NCBI GenBank assembly: GCA_965232515.1
Contig: CBDDPY010000002.1
Span: forward strand, 96,001-160,000
Reading direction: 5' to 3'
Origin: Alphaproteobacteria bacterium
GTDB lineage: Bacteria > Pseudomonadota > Alphaproteobacteria > GCA-2731375
Length of the DNA: 64,000 bases
Position 1 is the first letter of the stretch, and each line of letters opens with the position of its first letter. The notes beneath the pieces were generated by a model. It was not told the origin of the DNA. It did not search any database and saw nothing but the letters and a program-made list of their open reading frames with translations. This document shows, in pieces, positions 58,269 through 64,000 of the stretch. A program made the position numbers and the translations under genes.

Positions 58269-59462
58269 ATGTCGCATCTGCCCGCCAGCGAGGCGCTGTC
58301 CCGCTTCACCGTCGTCGATCTGACCCGCGTCCGTGCCGGGCCGACATGCGTGCGGCAGCTTGCCGACTGGGGCGCCGACGTGATCAAGGTCGAGATGCCG
58401 GCGGCCGTCGAGGGCGACGGCGCGCTGGGCGGACCTCGGCACGGCTCGGACTTCCAAAACCTGCACCGCAACAAGCGCTCGATCACGCTGAATCTGAAAG
58501 AGGACGCGGGTCGAGAAGCCTTGCTGCGGTTGCTGGAGAAGGCCGATGTGCTGGTCGAGAACTACCGTCCCGACGTGAAGCATCGCCTGGGCATCGACTA
58601 CGAGACCCTGAAGGAACGCTTCCCGCGGCTGATCTACGCCAGCATCTCCGGTTTCGGCCAGGACGGCCCCTATGCCAAGCGGCCCGGCTTCGACCAGATC
58701 GCGCAGGGCATGGGCGGCCTGATGTCGATCACCGGCGCGCCGGGCGAGGGGCCCATGCGGGTTGGCATTCCGGTCGCTGACCTGACCGCCGGCATCTTCG
58801 CGGCCACGGGCATCCTGGTGGCGTTGCTGGAACGCGAGGTCTCGGGCGAGGGGCAGTGGATCCAGACTTCTCTGTTGCAGGCGCAGACCTTCATGCTCGA
58901 CTTCCAGGCCTCGCGCTGGCTGGTGAAGGGCGAGGTGCCGAAGCAGGCCGGCAACGACCACCCGACCAGCATCCCTACCGGCGTGTTCGAGACCAGCGAC
59001 GGCCATATCAATATCGCCACCTCGGGGCAGCCCATGTGGCGGCGGCTGTGCGAAGCGCTGGACGCTGGCGACCTGGTCGACCATCCGGATTACGCGACCG
59101 GCGCCGACCGTTCGAAGAACCGGGTCGCACTCAACGCTGCGATCAGCGAACGCACCCGCACCGCGACCAGCAAGGAATGGGTCGACAAGCTGAACGCGGC
59201 GGGCGTGCCGACCGGGCCGATCAACAGCATCGATCAGGTCTTCGCCGACCCCCAGGTGCAGCATCTGGGCTTGGCGCAATCGGTCGAGTCGGCCGCGCTC
59301 GGCAAGATGGACCTGGTCGGCCAGCCGATCATCATGAGCCGGACGCCGAGCAGCCTGCGCCAGGCGCCGCCGGAGCGCGGCGAGCATACGGACGAGGTGC
59401 TGGGCACGCTCGGCTATTCGGCCGAGGAACTTGAGAACCTGCGGCAGCGGAACGTGATCTGA
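58269..59462 (+). CDS. Family III CoA-transferase
   Basis: DLTRVRAGP, HRNKRSI, ENYRP, PGFDQIAQG. Confidence 0.92.
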   Translation: MSHLPASEALSRFTVVDLTRVRAGPTCVRQLADWGADVIKVEMPAAVEGDGALGGPRHGSDFQNLHRNKRSITLNLKEDAGREALLRLLEKADVLVENYRPDVKHRLGIDYETLKERFPRLIYASISGFGQDGPYAKRPGFDQIAQGMGGLMSITGAPGEGPMRVGIPVADLTAGIFAATGILVALLEREVSGEGQWIQTSLLQAQTFMLDFQASRWLVKGEVPKQAGNDHPTSIPTGVFETSDGHINIATSGQPMWRRLCEALDAGDLVDHPDYATGADRSKNRVALNAAISERTRTATSKEWVDKLNAAGVPTGPINSIDQVFADPQVQHLGLAQSVESAALGKMDLVGQPIIMSRTPSSLRQAPPERGEHTDEVLGTLGYSAEELENLRQRNVI

Positions 59463-59464
59463 CC

Positions 59465-60613
59465 GTGCGCGGCCAGGCGGTCATCAGCGGCGTCGGCGAC
59501 ACAGCCGTCGGCGAGCTCAAGGACAGTTCCTGCATGTCGCTGCACGCGCAGGCGGCGCGGGACGCGCTGACCGACGCCGGACTGCGTTTCGATGACATCG
59601 ACGGCGTGCTTTGCGCCTATTCCCTGGTCGAGCCGCATCCCATGCTGAGCTCGGTGTTCTGCGAATATGTCGGCATCCAGCCCGGCTTCAACGCGGTGGT
59701 GCAGGCCGGCGGGGCGTCGGCCGCGATCATGCTGGCGCAAGCAGCCGCTTTGGTCGCCGCCGGCCAGTGCCGGCACGTGCTGATCGTGTTGGGCGACAAC
59801 CGGCTGTCGGGCATGACGCGGGACAAGGCGGTCGCGGCGCTGGCCCAGTTCGGCCATGCCCAGTTCGAGCAGCCCTACGGCATCTCGATCCCGGCGGCCT
59901 ATGCGCTGGTGGCGCAGCGCTACATGCACGATTACGGCGTCACGTCCGAGCAACTCGCGGCGATCGCGGTGACGCACCGGGCCCATGCCTCGCGGCATCC
60001 GAACGCCCACATGCGCGAGCCGATCACGGTCGCCGACGTGATGGTGTCCCGCGTGATCTCGTCGCCGCTGCGGCTGCTGGATTGCTGTCCGATCTCCGAC
60101 GGCGCAGCGGCCATCATCGTCAGCACGCCCGAGTTCGATGCCGACAAGCCGAAGGTTGCGCTGCTGGGCTCGGGTCAGGGCCATACGCACGAGCATATCG
60201 TCGAGGCGCCGTCGCTGACCGATTTCGGCTGCAAGCAGGCCTCGAGACTGGCCTTCGAACAGGCCGGCGTGACATCAGCCGATATCGATGTGGCCGAGAT
60301 CTATGACTCCTTCACCATCACGCTGCTGGTCGAGCTGGAATCGATCGGCTTCTTCGAGCGCGGTGAGGCCGGCGCGGCGGCGGAGGCCGGCGAACTGACC
60401 TATGGCGGCCGGCTGCCTTGCAACACCCACGGTGGCCTGCTGTCCTATGGCCATTCCGGCGCCGCCGGCGGCATGTTCCATATCGTCGAGGCGGTTCGGC
60501 AATTGCGCGGCGAAGCCGGCGACCGGCAGGTCGAGGGCGCCGAACTCGCCTTCGCGCACGGCGACGGCGGCGTGCTGTCGGCGCACTGCTCGCTGATCCT
60601 GGGGCGGCTCTGA
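59465..60613 (+). CDS. SCP-x/Ltp-type thiolase-fold protein lacking the nucleophilic Cys
   Basis: QAGGAS at the usual CAS position, DCCPISDGAAA, EIYDSF, NTHGGLLSYGH, QLRGEAGDRQV. Confidence 0.85.
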   Translation: MRGQAVISGVGDTAVGELKDSSCMSLHAQAARDALTDAGLRFDDIDGVLCAYSLVEPHPMLSSVFCEYVGIQPGFNAVVQAGGASAAIMLAQAAALVAAGQCRHVLIVLGDNRLSGMTRDKAVAALAQFGHAQFEQPYGISIPAAYALVAQRYMHDYGVTSEQLAAIAVTHRAHASRHPNAHMREPITVADVMVSRVISSPLRLLDCCPISDGAAAIIVSTPEFDADKPKVALLGSGQGHTHEHIVEAPSLTDFGCKQASRLAFEQAGVTSADIDVAEIYDSFTITLLVELESIGFFERGEAGAAAEAGELTYGGRLPCNTHGGLLSYGHSGAAGGMFHIVEAVRQLRGEAGDRQVEGAELAFAHGDGGVLSAHCSLILGRL

Positions 60614-61011
60614 TGTCAGACAAACCGATCCCCGAGGCCAACGCGGACACGCGGCCGTTCTGGGAGGCCTGCAATCGCGGCGAGTTGCAGGTGCAGCATT
60701 GCCGGGCCTGCGGCCACAGCCAGTTTTATCCGCGCGGCCTCTGTCAGCGCTGCAAGAGCGAGGACCTCGCCTGGCAAACCGCCGAACCGCGGGGCAGCGT
60801 CTATTCCTTTACCATCGTCCACCGCGCGCCGACCCCGGCCTTTCGTGCCGATGTCCCCTACGTGATCGCGCTGGTCGATCTGGAAGCCGGGGTGCGGATG
60901 ATGATGAATGTCGTCAATTGCGATCCCGAAAGTGTCACGATCGGCATGCCGGTTAGCATCGTCTTTGAACAGCGCGGCGTGCAGGCTGTCCCGCAAGCGG
61001 AGCCGGCCTGA
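60613..61011 (+). CDS. DUF35 Zn-ribbon/OB-fold protein (thiolase partner)
   Basis: PFWE, CRAC, YPR..CQRC, PYVIALVDL, IGMPV; TGATG coupling to the thiolase gene. Confidence 0.9.
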   Translation: MSDKPIPEANADTRPFWEACNRGELQVQHCRACGHSQFYPRGLCQRCKSEDLAWQTAEPRGSVYSFTIVHRAPTPAFRADVPYVIALVDLEAGVRMMMNVVNCDPESVTIGMPVSIVFEQRGVQAVPQAEPA

Positions 61012-61014
61012 GCC

Positions 61015-61401
61015 ATGTGGGTGTTCGAGACATTCGAACCGGTGCAGGACTTCGGCGCCTTCGACTATCAGGTCGACGAGGCCGCGTTCGATCGCTGGGT
61101 GGCGCTCTATCCGGACGACGCGGCGCACCGGCCGCTGGTGCCGCCGGGCATGGCGGTTGGTGTGATGATGCGGGCCTATATGGCGCTGCTGCAGCCGCGT
61201 CCGCCAGGCAATATTCACGCCGGCCAGCATTTGCACATCCACCGGCTGGCCCGGATCGGCGACACGATGACGACATCGCTCGCCTGTGTCGCTAAGGAAT
61301 TGCGCAAGGAACGGCGTTGGGTCACCTTCGAAACCGAAACGCGGGATGCGGCCGGCGAGTTGCTGTTCACCGGCCGACTGACCTCGATCTGGGCGCGCTG
61401 A
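61015..61401 (+). CDS. Hot-dog fold (MaoC-like, probably non-catalytic) protein
   Basis: PPG, GNIHAGQ, RIGD, terminal beta strands; adjacent to a MaoC gene. Confidence 0.7.
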   Translation: MWVFETFEPVQDFGAFDYQVDEAAFDRWVALYPDDAAHRPLVPPGMAVGVMMRAYMALLQPRPPGNIHAGQHLHIHRLARIGDTMTTSLACVAKELRKERRWVTFETETRDAAGELLFTGRLTSIWAR

Positions 61402-61402
61402 C

Positions 61403-61774
61403 ATGACAAACAAGCTCGTCGACGTCAGCCTGACGGTGGATCAAGCCAAGATCCGGCAATACGCCGAGATCACCGACGACTTCAATCCGATCCACCTCGA
61501 TGCCGAATTCGCCGAGAAAACGCCGATGCAGGGCGTCATCGCACACGGCACCATGTCGATGAACCTTATCTGGCAGGCCATCACCGGCACCTTCGGCATG
61601 GACGCGGCCGCCGGCGCCGAGCTCGATATCCGGTTCATCCGGCCGGTGCGTTTGGGCGATGTTGTGACGGCCGGTGGCGAGACCTCATCCGAGGGCAGTG
61701 GCCGTTTCAAGGTCTGGGTCCGGAACCAGGCCGGCGAGCCGGTGATCGAGGGTACGGCGACGATCCCTATCTGA
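61403..61774 (+). CDS. MaoC-family (R)-enoyl-CoA hydratase/dehydratase
   Basis: YAEITDDFNPIH (catalytic D/H), IAHG, RFIRPV. Confidence 0.88.
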   Translation: MTNKLVDVSLTVDQAKIRQYAEITDDFNPIHLDAEFAEKTPMQGVIAHGTMSMNLIWQAITGTFGMDAAAGAELDIRFIRPVRLGDVVTAGGETSSEGSGRFKVWVRNQAGEPVIEGTATIPI

Positions 61775-61840
61775 CCCGTGGCGGGTGAGGGAAATGCGGT
61801 CTAGAGTGAGCCGCATCAGCGCCATTGAAGGAGAACGCAC

Positions 61841-62632
61841 GTGATCGTCGAACAGGTCTGGACCGGCAACGCCTACCGCAACTTCAACTATCTGATCGCC
61901 TGTCCGGAGACCGGCGAGGCGCTGGCGATCGATCCGCTGGATCATCAGAAATGTCTGGCAGCGGCCAAGGACAAGGGCTGGGAGATCACGCAAGTTCTGA
62001 ACACGCACGAGCATGGCGACCATATCGGCGGCAACAAGGCGGTGATCGCGGCGACCGGCGCCAAGCTGCTGGCGCATCAGAACGCCAAGGACAAGATCCC
62101 CGGCATCGATCGCGGGCTCGGCGCCGGCGATATCATCAAGGTCGGCAGATCAGTCGAGCTGGAATCGCTCGACACGCCGGGCCACACCATGAGCCATGTC
62201 TGCCTGCTGTCGCACACCGATCAGCAGGCGCTGTTCAGCGGCGATACGCTGTTCAATGCCGGCGCCGGCAATTGCCATAACGGCGGCCATCCGAACGAGC
62301 TCTACAGCACCTTTGTCGGCCAGCTCGCGCGCCTGAAGGACGACACGCAGATCTATCCCGGCCACGACTACATCACCAACAATCTGGAATTCACGCTCGA
62401 TCGTGAGCCCGACAATGCGCGGGCGAAATCGCTGCTGGCCGAGATCAAGGATCAGAATCCGGATGACGCGATGGTCACGACGCTGGCTCTGGAGAAGGAG
62501 GTCAACACCTTCTTCCGGCTGCAGTCGCCGTCGGTGATCGCGGCTTTGCGCGAGTCGTTTCCGGATTTGCCGGCTGATCCCGATCCGAAGACGGTGTTCC
62601 TGAAGCTGCGCGAGCTGCGGAATTCCTGGTAG
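61841..62632 (+). CDS. gloB: Hydroxyacylglutathione hydrolase (glyoxalase II, metallo-beta-lactamase fold)
   Basis: THEHGDH, TPGHT, GDTLF, PGHDY, EKEVNTF. Confidence 0.8.
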   Translation: MIVEQVWTGNAYRNFNYLIACPETGEALAIDPLDHQKCLAAAKDKGWEITQVLNTHEHGDHIGGNKAVIAATGAKLLAHQNAKDKIPGIDRGLGAGDIIKVGRSVELESLDTPGHTMSHVCLLSHTDQQALFSGDTLFNAGAGNCHNGGHPNELYSTFVGQLARLKDDTQIYPGHDYITNNLEFTLDREPDNARAKSLLAEIKDQNPDDAMVTTLALEKEVNTFFRLQSPSVIAALRESFPDLPADPDPKTVFLKLRELRNSW

Positions 62633-62636
62633 CGGC

Positions 62637-64000
62637 CTAGTCGGTTTCCGGCAGGCCCTCTGAAAGAATCCGAGCCATACGTTCGTCCGGCGTAATGCCG
62701 GATAGGTCGCGGATCGCCCGGGCCAGGCGCAGCTCGATCAGGCGGGCGTGTTGGCGCGCCGCCAGCGCGAGCCCGTGTTGGTAAATCGCCAGAACGGTTT
62801 CCGGGTCATCGCCGCTCGCCAGCCGGCAGGCGCCGCGAATGCGGAAGATGTCGGCGCCATACCAATCCTCGACCTTGAGGCGATCGACCAGCAGTGGATC
62901 GTCCAGAGTTTTCAGCGCCGCCGCATGCTGTCCGGCCAGAAGCTGTGTGTCGGCCAGCACCGTCAGGAACAACGGCATCCCGATGCCGCCGCCGGCCTCG
63001 CGCCAGGCCCCGAGCGCCGGCTCGATTTCCGCAAGGCCGGCCGCGACGTCGCCTTGCGCGGCAACGGCCCAGCCGTGCACGACCTTGCCGGCGGCGCCGA
63101 GATAGGGGAACTCGCGCTCGGCTGCGAGATCGATCGCTGCGCGCGCCCAACGCTCGGCCGCCGGCGCGTCGCGCAGAAACTGGTACGTCCACATGCTGGC
63201 GCCGAAGGCGTAGATCAGGCTGAAGGGGTGATCGAGGGCGCGGGCGCGCTCGACGGTCGCCTCGGCCTGCCGTTTGGCCGCCTCCGGATAGCCGAGATAG
63301 CACAGGGTCCAGGCCAAGATGCCGCGGTTGGCCACATCCGAGTCCTGACCGTAGCGGGCGGCGAGATCGCCATGACGGACGGGGTCGTAGAGCGACACCG
63401 CCCGCTCCATCTCCTCTCGCGCGGCAACGAAATCGCCGATCCAGAAAGCCGTGTTGCCGACGGCGCGATAGGCCTCGATCAGCAGCGCATCGTCGTCGGC
63501 GCTTTCGGCCAGCGCCAGCAGCTCGTCGCCAAGCTTGCGAGCTTCGGCGTAAGCGGCCTGCCCGATATGGAACTGCCACATGCCGCGCAGCGCGTGAAAC
63601 AGCTGGGCATGGTCGCCGACGCGCCGGCATAGCTCGCCCGCGCGCTGATAGGCCTGGCGCACTTCCGGCGCGGCATAGCTGCTGCTGGCGATCAATGGCG
63701 CGCCGAGCGCCAGCTGCAGCCGCAGCTCGCGGCGAGCGCGTTCGTCGGTGTCCGGCAGCTTCTGCAGCAGCGCCAGCGCGTCGTTAAAGAAACCGATGGC
63801 TTCCTGGTTGGCGTAGTTGCGGACGGCCTGCGTGGCCGACTTCTCGTAATAGTCCAGCGCCTTCTCGACCAGTTCGGGGTCTGGCGTCCGGTCCTCGGCG
63901 GCCTTGCGCCAGTGATAGGCCAGGAACGGATAGTAGGGCGACAGGTCGTCGGCGTTGTGGGTCTCGAACCACTCGGCCAGACGCTGGTGCAGCTGCCGGC
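62637..64000 (-). CDS. C-terminal TPR-like part of a probable cyclase/STAND-ATPase protein (5' end outside the window)
   Basis: Frame open to the window edge: RQLHQRLAEW...LAYHW...YANQEAI...ELRLQLALGAPL..., ending ELR; resembles the C-terminal half of 25136..28492. Confidence 0.8.
   Translation of the reverse strand, partial: RQLHQRLAEWFETHNADDLSPYYPFLAYHWRKAAEDRTPDPELVEKALDYYEKSATQAVRNYANQEAIGFFNDALALLQKLPDTDERARRELRLQLALGAPLIASSSYAAPEVRQAYQRAGELCRRVGDHAQLFHALRGMWQFHIGQAAYAEARKLGDELLALAESADDDALLIEAYRAVGNTAFWIGDFVAAREEMERAVSLYDPVRHGDLAARYGQDSDVANRGILAWTLCYLGYPEAAKRQAEATVERARALDHPFSLIYAFGASMWTYQFLRDAPAAERWARAAIDLAAEREFPYLGAAGKVVHGWAVAAQGDVAAGLAEIEPALGAWREAGGGIGMPLFLTVLADTQLLAGQHAAALKTLDDPLLVDRLKVEDWYGADIFRIRGACRLASGDDPETVLAIYQHGLALAARQHARLIELRLARAIRDLSGITPDERMARILSEGLPETD

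Noticed and set aside
397-59387. Many long antisense or alternative-frame ORFs (e.g. 397..1827, 23031..24887, 34172..35653, 57300..59387)
   Set aside because: Expected from high GC3 codon bias opposite well-supported genes; no recognisable motifs
1-64000. tRNA/rRNA genes, integrases, transposases, prophage genes
   Set aside because: No such sequence or protein motifs recognised; small ncRNAs cannot be excluded without covariance-model searches

Overview
GC-rich, gene-dense bacterial chromosome segment whose gene content and repeat type suggest an Alphaproteobacterium (inference). I recognised no rRNA, tRNA, CRISPR array or transposase. Most of the window is catabolic: five family-III CoA-transferases, two enoyl-CoA hydratases, an acyl-CoA dehydrogenase, mmsB, a CitE-like lyase, a TctABC transporter, a Dpp/Opp-type ABC transporter, an FAD/Fe-S oxidase with a class-V aminotransferase, a TPP enzyme, MmgE/PrpD, a Cys-less thiolase/DUF35/MaoC cassette and gloB. 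It also holds a C-P lyase operon (phnF, phnGHIJKLM, PhnZ-like HD, DUF1045, inverted phnN) and amtB-glnK. Interleaved is a signalling layer: two clear class-III nucleotide cyclases (two more possible at the window edges), up to three STAND-type NTPases, a TPR lipoprotein and a Crp-family regulator. The best candidate for an undescribed system is 25.1-33.5 kb. There a perfect TGTGA-N6-TCACA CRP box precedes an operon of crp, an atypical P450 (no acid-alcohol pair, no redox partner), an internally duplicated membrane protein of unknown function and a DyP peroxidase; this operon converges tail-to-tail on a Zn-ribbon/cyclase/STAND/TPR gene. The second candidate is an exported protein with 48 consecutive Asp, (GGGGD)x10 and a degenerate OmpA-like domain. 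Also seen: an in-frame nonsense codon splitting a helical-repeat STAND gene, an LLM-monooxygenase relic, a possible ATC start codon and a REP-like palindromic element. All protein calls come from motif recognition by eye, not database searches.
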